IMG/VR virus record: IMGVR_UViG_3300050821_013430 | Coordinates: 1-64,000 of that record | Length of the DNA: 64,000 bases | Reading direction: 5' to 3' (one strand) | Part shown: positions 27,834 to 37,284 of the stretch, piece after piece | Layout of the letters: each line of letters starts with the position of its first letter | Numbering within the stretch: position 1 is the first letter of the stretch | Notes under the pieces: generated by a model | Database searches by the model: none | The model's input: the letters and a program-made list of their open reading frames with translations, nothing else | Told to the model about the DNA's origin: nothing | Translations under genes and position numbers: made by a program

Positions 27834-30800
27834 TAGATTGAAACCTGATTGATAATAATATTATTTGCAACAAAGTATTGATCATTATGGGCTTGCAAAC
27901 TCAATACCTGACCAGGAGAACCATCCAAATTGAATGTTTCAATTCGTGCAGCATTTACTCCGGCTACTGAAAATGCCTTATTAATCAAATTAGAGGCATC
28001 CAAAGTAGTTCCAAGAGAAGTGGCATTAATAGAAGAAATTAGTGTAGATTTAACATTTTGTAATACTAAGTTTGGAACAACATTTGGTTGATTTGACACA
28101 ACAATATCCATGGTGAGATCAATCAAAAGTTCTTTGGCCTCTCTAACTAAAACATCGGCATTGATTGGTCTGCTAGTTTCAATATTGAATGTAGTGGCCG
28201 AAATCAATTGATTATAGTTATACGAAATAGTAATTCTCTCATTGGTTTTTGGAGCAGTATAATCGTAATTAATAGTATACCTTGAACCAGTAATTGGCTG
28301 ATTGAAATTAGCTAATGTGATCTTGGCTGACTGAGAGGAGGTAAATCCGCTAGAAATATAAAACTTGTCGATAAGAGCAAATTGTTTATTGGTATAAAGT
28401 GTTCCATTACGAGTAAAAGTTAGGCTTTCAGTATCTCCAAAAGTAGAATAATAGAAGGTAATGCGAAGACGGTCTCCGATCTTTATTTCATTAGTGCCAA
28501 TATTGTTGATAGTATTTGGCAGAATAAAATCAATCGGACCTAGATTTGGTTTTCTAACAAATTCGGAATCAAAAAAGGTAGTGTCTTGCAAAGCAGATAA
28601 TGCCGTGTCATAAATTACTTCCGTTGTCAATACTTCACTACTAGTAATGGTTGGTGTAGTAACCTTTTCTAATTTTGCTATTTTGATTAGTTTGACATTT
28701 AATGGCACTGTGCTTGCATTTCCCAAATTCAATACTTGTGAAAACGCTCCCAAAGTTGTTTGCTGTAATCCAGTAGCGGTGGCGGTAAAAACAATGTCGG
28801 TTGCTTTAGTAATAGTAGTGCCAATAAAAGAAAGAACGCCCGAATTATTTACTTGATCATTAACATTAACTGCTACGCGGGTGGGCGTACTTCTCAAATT
28901 GGATGGAACATAGTAGAACACAATTACTTCATCCAAATGAGACGCATTGGTAGTTACAGGGAAACTCAATTTATTATTGACTGTATCAATGGTTCCCGCA
29001 TCTGACCATAATTCTTTTCCATCAAGAATCCTAATAACACTAACTTGTCTAGAGCTAATTTCTGCAAAATAATTTCCAATAACAAGTTCATCAGTTTGAG
29101 AATTGAAAGACAAGATATCATAAGTGTTTATATTATTGGGAAAGATCGAGGAAGAAATAGTAATTTTTTTAGAAGTGATATCTAATAGCTGCCCACTGCT
29201 ATTAAAAATATTACCAAACTGAACAGTAGGACTACCGAACAGAGCGGTTGAGGGTGGAGAATTTGGAATAATATAACCATCTACTCCTGAAGCGATAACA
29301 ATATCTGTGTGGGGCTCAAAAATGGTAAAACTGACGTAACCATCTGCCACGAAATCATGAATATCTACCGAAAAATTAATGAGATCAGATTGTAGAGAGC
29401 CCAAATCTCTTTCGATTATTCTATCAGAAAAAGTAAAAGGTTGAAAGCGATTAGTATCATCTGCAAAATAACAAATAAGTACTCGATCTCCGGCACTAGG
29501 AGTATTATAGCCAGTAAAAATCAATTGATAATTAGTAGTTGTGTTGTTGATGGCAATACTACCAGCATTACCAGAATTCCATAATTCAGCGTTATCAGAT
29601 AAACGAATTACTGAAATTACTTGTGACGCTAAAAGCGAAGTATTGGTGCTGGATAAATTGAGTTCTACATACAATTGGTTACTAAGGTTCTTCTGGACAG
29701 GTTGAAAATCCCGTCGCATGGTGTTATCTAAATTTGTATTATTAAAACCAATAGCACTATTAAGTAAATAACCATTAGCCACACGACTAGATGGAAGAGA
29801 TGTGATGCCGGGAGCGAAGAAATTCTGTACATTGGCAATATAAGTAACACTAAGTAGAAGATTGTTAGCGGTGGTGGTGATATTGGATACTGGAATAGTA
29901 ATTTGATTATTTGCTATACTACCAACAGAATTTGTAATATTGAAAGTATCTATTGTATTCCAAAGAATAGTCGCCTTGTCACCTGGTTGGGCCTGCGTAT
30001 CAGTTGGAAGAATTATGGTAGAAGTAAATTCAATTTCGATACCCACTACAATAGTAGAATTGATGAATGTTCCATTATTTTGGGCAGTACTATAAACTTC
30101 GGTTGTAGTATTTTTTAGATAAACATGATCCACGGTATTAGGAGCTACTATCAAATTGGTGACAACTATTGATTGACGTCCAGCATAAATACCAGAAACT
30201 ACTGTTACTACAATTCCATCAATTTCATTGTAAAGGCTGGCAGTAATGACCGAGGAAATTGGATGTTTGGCTACCCCAGTAAATAAAGTGTTACTTCCAT
30301 TACGAGTAAAATTGATTTTTTCTTCTCTTACTAAATTAGAAAAACTCCAATCAGCACTATCAGTAACTACCCGGGGGTTATTGGTATATAATCTGCCATC
30401 ATAATCGGCATATTGATCGTAAGTAATTACCCAATTATAATCTACTTGCAAAATATCATTGAAAGCGGGAAAAGTATTGCCAGAAATCTGAATAACACCA
30501 GAAGTGTTTATGGTACCCGTTCCATTGAAATTTTGGCTAGTAACTGTATAACGTTCTCCGGTAGTAGCATTAAAGACGCGCGTTACGTTGGTTGCGGGAG
30601 TATGCAATAGTTGTATTAGTGATCTATTAGAAGGCAGTACTGTACTATTTTCATTGGTGATAGAAATATTTTGTTGTATTTGCGGTATTTCAATTACGCC
30701 AGGGAAAGTGGTAGCATCCTGCCCGTTGAATTGTCCTTTAATAAGATCTTCTGAAAAATTAATTTGATTACTAATCCAAGCAAAAGTATCAAATCCCCAA

Positions 30801-31939
30801 GGACTTCCGCCATAAAGACCAGTGTCTTTAATTAACTTATAGTTGCCCGATACTCGTCCAAACTCATCGGTACTCATAGTGGTAAAATTAGAACCACTAA
30901 GAGAGCCGGTCACTTGTAAGATAGCATCCACAGGCTGGGCTGGCAGCGTACCTGCCGCGATATCAGCTACGCGCTTCTGAGTGATAGTTTTATTGGTATC
31001 TCCTGGAATTTGACCCAACACAACATTATTAGCAGCATTAGTTGGATCATTTCTATTGCTCTTATCCTGATAGATATAACTATCAGAATGTTGAACCAAA
31101 TTGGTTCCTAAAATTACCACATCTACTTTCCCACCAGTACCATCTGAAACAATAGTTTGATTTCCTTGATTATCAGTAGTTACCACACTTCCGTCTCTAG
31201 TCATAAGGGGGTCGCCAGGGCCCACAACATAAGCATCCTCTACTCCGGTAGTGGCAAGAGCGGTGTTTTTATAACCAAGTGCGGTACCTACACTGGAACC
31301 ACTGAAAACAGACAAAATTCTATTTCGGAATGTGGCATCATCTTCTTGATCAGTGCCACCTAAAAAGGCTGTCACGTTAGTAACGTTGGACACACCAACA
31401 ATACTAGTTCGATTAATTGAATACTGACCAATATTACCAATAGTCCCACTGGTAGTTGCTTGTACAGAAACTTCAACGGCATATTGATCTGTAATTCCAA
31501 CAAAAGCAAAATTGGCTGAATATTTAGTTGCAATAGAGCGATAAAAATTAGTTTGCGCAGGGTTGACTGCAATACCAGTTAGAACAGCAAAAGATACCCC
31601 ATTGTTAGCAATTACTACATCTCCCTTATTAACATTCGTTACACCAACAATAGAACTAAAAGTTAATATAGCGATTCCGGCAGATGGTGTTGCAGTTTTT
31701 CGAGAAAGACCAAAATTACGAGCTAGTTTGTCTAAATCACTACCAACCACAAGGCGAAGAGATTGTTGAGTGGAAACTTTAGAGAGTTCATCGTAAAGTA
31801 GAGCGATTTGATTGGCAGGGGCATCGATAGCAAGATCACGAGCGACAGCGCCAGGTTTTGTGTCGAGATTGGGCTGGTTTAACCGAAAATAGTCGATTAG
31901 ACTAAGAATGATCTCGTTAGAAGATCGTATAGTCACCAT
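27833..31939 (-). CDS. Baseplate J / gp6-like wedge protein with large insertions
   Basis: DLDKLARNFGLSRK...A...GTIGN...GGTDQEDDATFRNRI...GGKVDVVI. Confidence 0.85.
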   Translation of the reverse strand: MVTIRSSNEIILSLIDYFRLNQPNLDTKPGAVARDLAIDAPANQIALLYDELSKVSTQQSLRLVVGSDLDKLARNFGLSRKTATPSAGIAILTFSSIVGVTNVNKGDVVIANNGVSFAVLTGIAVNPAQTNFYRSIATKYSANFAFVGITDQYAVEVSVQATTSGTIGNIGQYSINRTSIVGVSNVTNVTAFLGGTDQEDDATFRNRILSVFSGSSVGTALGYKNTALATTGVEDAYVVGPGDPLMTRDGSVVTTDNQGNQTIVSDGTGGKVDVVILGTNLVQHSDSYIYQDKSNRNDPTNAANNVVLGQIPGDTNKTITQKRVADIAAGTLPAQPVDAILQVTGSLSGSNFTTMSTDEFGRVSGNYKLIKDTGLYGGSPWGFDTFAWISNQINFSEDLIKGQFNGQDATTFPGVIEIPQIQQNISITNENSTVLPSNRSLIQLLHTPATNVTRVFNATTGERYTVTSQNFNGTGTINTSGVIQISGNTFPAFNDILQVDYNWVITYDQYADYDGRLYTNNPRVVTDSADWSFSNLVREEKINFTRNGSNTLFTGVAKHPISSVITASLYNEIDGIVVTVVSGIYAGRQSIVVTNLIVAPNTVDHVYLKNTTTEVYSTAQNNGTFINSTIVVGIEIEFTSTIILPTDTQAQPGDKATILWNTIDTFNITNSVGSIANNQITIPVSNITTTANNLLLSVTYIANVQNFFAPGITSLPSSRVANGYLLNSAIGFNNTNLDNTMRRDFQPVQKNLSNQLYVELNLSSTNTSLLASQVISVIRLSDNAELWNSGNAGSIAINNTTTNYQLIFTGYNTPSAGDRVLICYFADDTNRFQPFTFSDRIIERDLGSLQSDLINFSVDIHDFVADGYVSFTIFEPHTDIVIASGVDGYIIPNSPPSTALFGSPTVQFGNIFNSSGQLLDITSKKITISSSIFPNNINTYDILSFNSQTDELVIGNYFAEISSRQVSVIRILDGKELWSDAGTIDTVNNKLSFPVTTNASHLDEVIVFYYVPSNLRSTPTRVAVNVNDQVNNSGVLSFIGTTITKATDIVFTATATGLQQTTLGAFSQVLNLGNASTVPLNVKLIKIAKLEKVTTPTITSSEVLTTEVIYDTALSALQDTTFFDSEFVRKPNLGPIDFILPNTINNIGTNEIKIGDRLRITFYYSTFGDTESLTFTRNGTLYTNKQFALIDKFYISSGFTSSQSAKITLANFNQPITGSRYTINYDYTAPKTNERITISYNYNQLISATTFNIETSRPINADVLVREAKELLIDLTMDIVVSNQPNVVPNLVLQNVKSTLISSINATSLGTTLDASNLINKAFSVAGVNAARIETFNLDGSPGQVLSLQAHNDQYFVANNIIINQVSI

Positions 31940-31940
31940 A

Positions 31941-32066
31941 TTATACCGCCTTCTTTATTTTATGTCGGATTCGATAAACACCATCTCTTGTATTTTGTTT
32001 GGCGCTTAGAGGGCGCCCGCTATATTTTTCTTTTTTTAACTTACAGTTTTTACAAATAATCAACAT
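31941..32066 (-). pseudogene. Internally deleted, in-frame miniature of the HNH endonuclease family (41 aa)
   Basis: MLIICKNCKLKKEKYSG|RPLSAKQNTRDGVYRIRHKIKKAV* matches both ends of the 44054..44746 protein. Confidence 0.85.
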
Positions 32067-32092
32067 ATCGCTACTATCCCTTATTCCAATAA

Positions 32093-32100
32093 TATATCCG
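32093..32100 (-). promoter_or_regulatory. SSGATATA motif (CGGATATA)
   Basis: Recurrent intergenic motif. Confidence 0.55.
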
Positions 32101-32104
32101 ACAT

Positions 32105-32536
32105 TTATAGACTATTGAACCCAAATTGAATTGTTATGGGTTTTAGGCCCTTACTCGTTACTTTGATACTAACCTGTAATAGGCGAGGATCACTGGTATT
32201 TCTTACTACATCGATGCTTAAAATTGAGCTTATTTGTTCATCGGGCGTTAGCTTCTGAAAACTTTTGAGCTGCTTGATCTGCAAAGTCCGTAAATTTTCA
32301 ATAGCGTTTTGTAATTGAGTTTGTGCTACTTGTAAAATAATACTGGTAGATAAGGGGGATCCAATTAAAGAACGAGAGATAAAAGAGCCGTACCAAGGCT
32401 GTAATGGATTTCCACCTACAGGCGTCAGGCAAATTTTTAGAATATCCTGAACTAACTTGTTGCTATCTTGTACAATAGCTAGTTCTCCATTTTGGATGAC
32501 CAGATCTCCATTAAATAGTTGTAAATCAAACGACAT
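32105..32536 (-). CDS. gp25-like baseplate wedge protein
   Basis: LVQDILKICLTPVGGNPLQPWYGS; immediately upstream of baseplate J. Confidence 0.8.
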   Translation of the reverse strand: MSFDLQLFNGDLVIQNGELAIVQDSNKLVQDILKICLTPVGGNPLQPWYGSFISRSLIGSPLSTSIILQVAQTQLQNAIENLRTLQIKQLKSFQKLTPDEQISSILSIDVVRNTSDPRLLQVSIKVTSKGLKPITIQFGFNSL

Positions 32537-32605
32537 TCGTCCTTCCTCTTAGGAATGCGTGAATATTGAGGGGGTCTAACCTCATAATTTCACTAATGAA
32601 TTTGA

Positions 32606-34300
32606 TCATGTAGAAACTCGACCTAATTGTAGTCGATCTTCTAAGAACTTGTCCATAATGCTATAAATTTCTTTGATGCGATCTTCGAAGGTAGTTAGAG
32701 ACTTAGTAATAGAGAATCCGGCCCCTCCAATTCTAGACTGAACAGAAGGATCATTGAAGGCCGAATTAGTTCTAAGTCGAGCGAATGCCTTTTCATCTAG
32801 TAACCCCACTAGAGCATTGACGTCCATTGACCAGAGAGCGGTATAAATAGCAATAATATCACAAAGTCCTAATCCACTAAATTCTCCCATAATGATTTCA
32901 ATGGTCTGGAGGGCAGTATTGGCTTGATCAGTAAGATTAGTGCGATCTTGCTGTAGTTTATCTAAATTATCTTGTCGCTTATTACCAAAACCAGAAGTTG
33001 TATTTTCATCGGGTACTGGTTGAGCGGAGGCAAAATCAAAAGCAAAATTTCCTAAATCAACACTAGTAACACCTGATGTTTGATTGGTAATTTGATCTAT
33101 CGCTGCTTGAGATTGAAGTTTTAGAATGGAGGCCTCGACCGGGCCATTTAGTGGATCAGATGGGTTGATTGAGGCGGTTGAACTACCGAACTCAGGCCCA
33201 CCTGCATTAGGAATTGGAATCCATTGAAGTGTGCCAATAGAAGGAACCGATAGAGACCCAATTTGTTGCATTGATTCTACCAACCGATCGATCATAGAGC
33301 GTAATAGGTTTAAGTATTTCAACAAAATTTCTTGTCCTATGGTAGTAGTATTATTAGCATATATTTTGGCCAACAAATCTGGATCGACTGAAGTATTAAT
33401 GGATTTGATATAGTTTTGTGCATTTTGGAAAGTTTGACTCAAATCATCTTGATTAGGAGGAAGTGTTAGTCGAACACGACATACATATTCTAAGAGTGGG
33501 CGAAAAAGATATTCATCATCTCTAAGTTTTGTTTTAGACTTATCTGTGGTGAATGGCACGCATACCAAACCGGTATCTGGACTTACCGTTATATCAATTC
33601 GAGGATCAACCATCAATGGCTTAATAAAATGAGAACGTTGTTGTAGAAATTGTCCCCTTTGAATAGTAGAATCTATTGTATCTCCGTTAGAATCTTTGTA
33701 ATCACTAAAATCAGCAGTGTTAGCGATATTACGTTGTTCAACGGCATATTTTTGATTATTGGGATCTTGATCGAAGGGATCGGTGGAGCCCGTATCCACG
33801 AAAAAATTGAATTTGCGAGGTGTTTGGCTGGACAGTGCGGTAACACTAGAAGTAATATCAGGCACTGAGAATATTTGTCGTATATCTTGAATATATCTTT
33901 CTCTAGCATCCATAAGAGGGTATAGACCGGCTGCGCTGATGGCGATGCCTTGCTTATTGAGCTGGGGAGTGGTAGAATTAGCGGTCCCACTAAAAGCTTC
34001 TAAATCATATCCAGGATTATAGAATTGTGTTCCGTCAGAGGCTACCACTGGTAGCCCAATCAACCTATAGAAAGCGTGGCAACGACTTTCCTGTGGATTT
34101 GGGTCAATACTAATAAAATTATTAGAATTGATAGTAACTACTGATTGTGCTTTTGGATTGTTTATAACGCTAACATGGCTTCTAATTTGATCAATCTGTT
34201 GAATAAAACTGGTGTAGATCTGCTGAATATCAACATCATAATTTTGATTATCAGTAAAATCATTAGAATTGTCGGTAGTGGAGATATCAATTTTAGTCAT
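32606..34300 (-). CDS. Hypothetical virion protein
   Basis: 564 aa within the baseplate operon. Confidence 0.6.
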   Translation of the reverse strand: MTKIDISTTDNSNDFTDNQNYDVDIQQIYTSFIQQIDQIRSHVSVINNPKAQSVVTINSNNFISIDPNPQESRCHAFYRLIGLPVVASDGTQFYNPGYDLEAFSGTANSTTPQLNKQGIAISAAGLYPLMDARERYIQDIRQIFSVPDITSSVTALSSQTPRKFNFFVDTGSTDPFDQDPNNQKYAVEQRNIANTADFSDYKDSNGDTIDSTIQRGQFLQQRSHFIKPLMVDPRIDITVSPDTGLVCVPFTTDKSKTKLRDDEYLFRPLLEYVCRVRLTLPPNQDDLSQTFQNAQNYIKSINTSVDPDLLAKIYANNTTTIGQEILLKYLNLLRSMIDRLVESMQQIGSLSVPSIGTLQWIPIPNAGGPEFGSSTASINPSDPLNGPVEASILKLQSQAAIDQITNQTSGVTSVDLGNFAFDFASAQPVPDENTTSGFGNKRQDNLDKLQQDRTNLTDQANTALQTIEIIMGEFSGLGLCDIIAIYTALWSMDVNALVGLLDEKAFARLRTNSAFNDPSVQSRIGGAGFSITKSLTTFEDRIKEIYSIMDKFLEDRLQLGRVST

Positions 34301-34303
34301 TGA

Positions 34304-36451
34304 TTACTCACTTTCTCTAGCCACATCACCGGCATCTCGTTCCGGCTTGCCGCGGTCATCGCCTTCTGGTGTTCCAACTACCGACGGAATTGGTGAATAG
34401 ATGAATGTATATTTTAGTTGTTGAGTCGTCACCGTGGGTGTCTGAGTCAAATCTGTTGGTACTGATACACTAACAAACTGCTGACCTTCATATTGCATTT
34501 CAATAGTTCCAGAGCCCGATGTAGTAGAGGTAATATTGGCATCAAAGAACTGAACGCCATCATAAATAAACTGACTGATTTCTCCAAAGGTAATTTGTGG
34601 CGTGATATTGAGCGCCAAAGCTGCCGCTACATCAGTAGCCATATTGGCGGTTAGCGGGAGTCCGTTTCTATCATTGAGAGAAACTTGAACCAAAATCGAT
34701 TCAGTAGTAAATTGTGTATTAGGGGTGATTGTAAAAGTACTTTGACTAGGATCGAAACCCAAATTGACGAGCGATTGTAGTGATGCTGCTGCGCCACTTC
34801 TCAAAGTATTTAGACAAGCGGTGGTAGTGGCTTGAAAATCTGCTACACCTTGATTGCTAACATTGCTTTGTAGAGCAGTGATCGCGGTTGCCAAGCAAGC
34901 CTGCGCACCTGCGAAACTAGGGATACCATTTACAATATTGACCAAAGCTGCTGGATTGGTTGTTCCGAATACAGTATTAATGAAAGTTTTATCGAAATTG
35001 ATTGCGGGTACGCATCCCAAAGTAATCAATGCTTTACTCAATAGAACGGTGTGATTGATATGCAAAGTGTATTCAACATTGGTGAAATTAGCACCATCGG
35101 TTGGATTGAGTGGGGGACTGAACAACAATCCGATATTATCGCCTAGGTGAATAAATGATTCTAATGTTCCCTGAGAACCACCAAGCATAACGGGCGTCGT
35201 ACCATCATCTTCAAAAACTAACCCACCTACTAATTCCAAAACTCCGTTAGTGATATTGGTTGTGCTGTTATCGAAATTATTGAGATTGGTGGTCGGTGCA
35301 AACTGTACTATGCAGCCATTGATTCTGATAAATCTGGCGCCCAATGGATCGGAACGGCCCCAAGGCGTGGCTGGGTTATAGAAAATTCGTAAATCGATAG
35401 TATATGGAACCTGAGAGATGGGGGTTGATGCAGTATAGTTAGCATCGGTGGGGAAAAAGACAGCACTGGTTCCGGCTGGCAAATCAAAAGCCTGTGTAAT
35501 ATTGATGAAAGCATTCTGAATAGAGGCCATTGCATCATAGAACTGCCAACTTTCTGGACGAGTGCTGCCCAATAATTTTCCGAATTGGGGTGGTAAATCT
35601 GGGATGAGTGCAACTAAATTGGCGTCAATAGCGACTTTGTTGTAGTATTGGAAAGTGCCACTACCGGTGATGGTAGTATTATTTCGAATGAAGGAGGGGC
35701 AAACATCCGGCGTGCAGCACTGCTCAGGGTTACCATTGCTGCTACTGCATGGGGGGATACTAAAGATAAGGGCTAGAATTTTCTTGATAACATCAATAAT
35801 GATTTCAAATAAGGCAAGTAGAACGAAAAGGTTTTGAAAGGCACATAGAATGAGTCCTATTTTGTTGATAGCGGCAAGAATAGAAGGGGCATCTGCCATT
35901 CCCGCGGCGCGCTCGATGACTTGAATATTTTTCAAGATCAATTCAATGAGAGTAAGAAGCTGAGCAAGAATGTATTCAATAAGTGCAAGTAAAAGAAGAA
36001 GAAGCGAAATGATCATTACTATCATCGCAAAATATGGAAATAAACTTAGAAATTCAGGAAGGCAAACGCGAAAAAGCCGCTCCATCGCACGGATTAGCTT
36101 GAAGGGATTGGGAATTGCGCATAGAATTTCGATGATGCAAATAATCATATCCAAAATAGGAAGAATAAACTTATAGGACATCAAAAACGGTAAAAAGAAA
36201 TCCATCAACTTGAGTATCTGATCGAGGACGCTTCTACCATATGAAGCGGGGAGAACTCCTTTTAGAGTGCCAGAAGGAAGAATAAGTTGAAGAGCATTAA
36301 AGAGGCCCAGCAAGTCCTCAGGCATACCCGCCGGAAACGGAATATTGAATGAGGGTAGTGCCGGAGTAAAAGGCAAACCAAAGCCTGGAATAGGATTCGC
36401 CGGAAGCGGCGGGATATTGGTTTGAATTGCACTAGGATTACAGGGGGACAT
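34304..36451 (-). CDS. Baseplate-region protein with a long hydrophobic helical N-terminal region
   Basis: FAMIVMIISLLLLLLALIEYILAQLLTLIELIL and further hydrophobic helices; Cys-rich; located between spike and gp25. Confidence 0.6.
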   Translation of the reverse strand: MSPCNPSAIQTNIPPLPANPIPGFGLPFTPALPSFNIPFPAGMPEDLLGLFNALQLILPSGTLKGVLPASYGRSVLDQILKLMDFFLPFLMSYKFILPILDMIICIIEILCAIPNPFKLIRAMERLFRVCLPEFLSLFPYFAMIVMIISLLLLLLALIEYILAQLLTLIELILKNIQVIERAAGMADAPSILAAINKIGLILCAFQNLFVLLALFEIIIDVIKKILALIFSIPPCSSSNGNPEQCCTPDVCPSFIRNNTTITGSGTFQYYNKVAIDANLVALIPDLPPQFGKLLGSTRPESWQFYDAMASIQNAFINITQAFDLPAGTSAVFFPTDANYTASTPISQVPYTIDLRIFYNPATPWGRSDPLGARFIRINGCIVQFAPTTNLNNFDNSTTNITNGVLELVGGLVFEDDGTTPVMLGGSQGTLESFIHLGDNIGLLFSPPLNPTDGANFTNVEYTLHINHTVLLSKALITLGCVPAINFDKTFINTVFGTTNPAALVNIVNGIPSFAGAQACLATAITALQSNVSNQGVADFQATTTACLNTLRSGAAASLQSLVNLGFDPSQSTFTITPNTQFTTESILVQVSLNDRNGLPLTANMATDVAAALALNITPQITFGEISQFIYDGVQFFDANITSTTSGSGTIEMQYEGQQFVSVSVPTDLTQTPTVTTQQLKYTFIYSPIPSVVGTPEGDDRGKPERDAGDVARESE

Positions 36452-36458
36452 TATGCTA

Positions 36459-36899
36459 CTATTTTCTTCCCAATTGATGTATTTTCATTACTATCGCACC
36501 CCTCGGGGCTGTCAAACGCGATGACCACCGTTGATTGATAGCGACATGACCTTTTGCATCCCGTTTATTACGCCTCTTACGACAATTATTATTGGCCTTG
36601 CATAATGAATTCTCATAGTAAAACCATACTATTCGGAGTTTTGGCACCAATTGTTTCAAATGTTTTACTACCACTCTACGACGAGCAGACCATCCACACC
36701 ATAAATCACCTACATAAACATCAAATCCATTTTTGAGTGCTATGGCCACCTTTTTTCGTCGATCAATGCCAGATTGGCCCCTATCACTTAGTCCTTCATC
36801 AAAAAATTTAGCCACTGGATGAGACTTTTGCATTGTGTTTAGAAACCAAGATTTACCCGAGCCGCATAGACCAATAACGATTGTGAGAGTTCCGACCAT
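36459..36899 (-). CDS. Small basic P-loop kinase-like protein
   Basis: LTIVIGLCGSGKS Walker A; Arg/Lys rich. Confidence 0.6.
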   Translation of the reverse strand: MVGTLTIVIGLCGSGKSWFLNTMQKSHPVAKFFDEGLSDRGQSGIDRRKKVAIALKNGFDVYVGDLWCGWSARRRVVVKHLKQLVPKLRIVWFYYENSLCKANNNCRKRRNKRDAKGHVAINQRWSSRLTAPRGAIVMKIHQLGRK

Positions 36900-36908
36900 A
36901 TCTTACTC

Positions 36909-36916
36909 TATATCCG
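36909..36916 (-). promoter_or_regulatory. SSGATATA motif (CGGATATA), 9 nt before ATG
   Basis: Recurrent intergenic motif. Confidence 0.55.
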
Positions 36917-36920
36917 ATCT

Positions 36921-37274
36921 TTATTCTTGACCCGGTACTTTGGGTTCATTTCCCCCAATTTTGCCAGACACTTTTAAGGCTTCTTCCAGTTCCTCTATAA
37001 CCCGTGATTTCAGAAGTTTGACTGCCTGATCCACTTTCTGAATATCTACCTTAGTCAAATCGTGGTAACTGATCACTTCGACAGCCATTTTCCACATATT
37101 TTGATACAAGGTTTGATCTAGTTCTTTCTGGGTGTAGGTCATCCCAGCGTTTTCTTCGAATACAGGTCCCAGAGCAGAAAGCACTACATCCGCTAATTTA
37201 GTTTGTTTTAGTTCCTTGGCTTCTTCGGCCTGAGCCAATAGTCTTTTATATGTTTGTTGTCCTAGTTTTCTCAT
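36921..37274 (-). CDS. Hypothetical protein
   Basis: 117 aa with a good GGAG Shine-Dalgarno. Confidence 0.65.
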   Translation of the reverse strand: MRKLGQQTYKRLLAQAEEAKELKQTKLADVVLSALGPVFEENAGMTYTQKELDQTLYQNMWKMAVEVISYHDLTKVDIQKVDQAVKLLKSRVIEELEEALKVSGKIGGNEPKVPGQE

Positions 37275-37284
37275 ATCATTCTCC

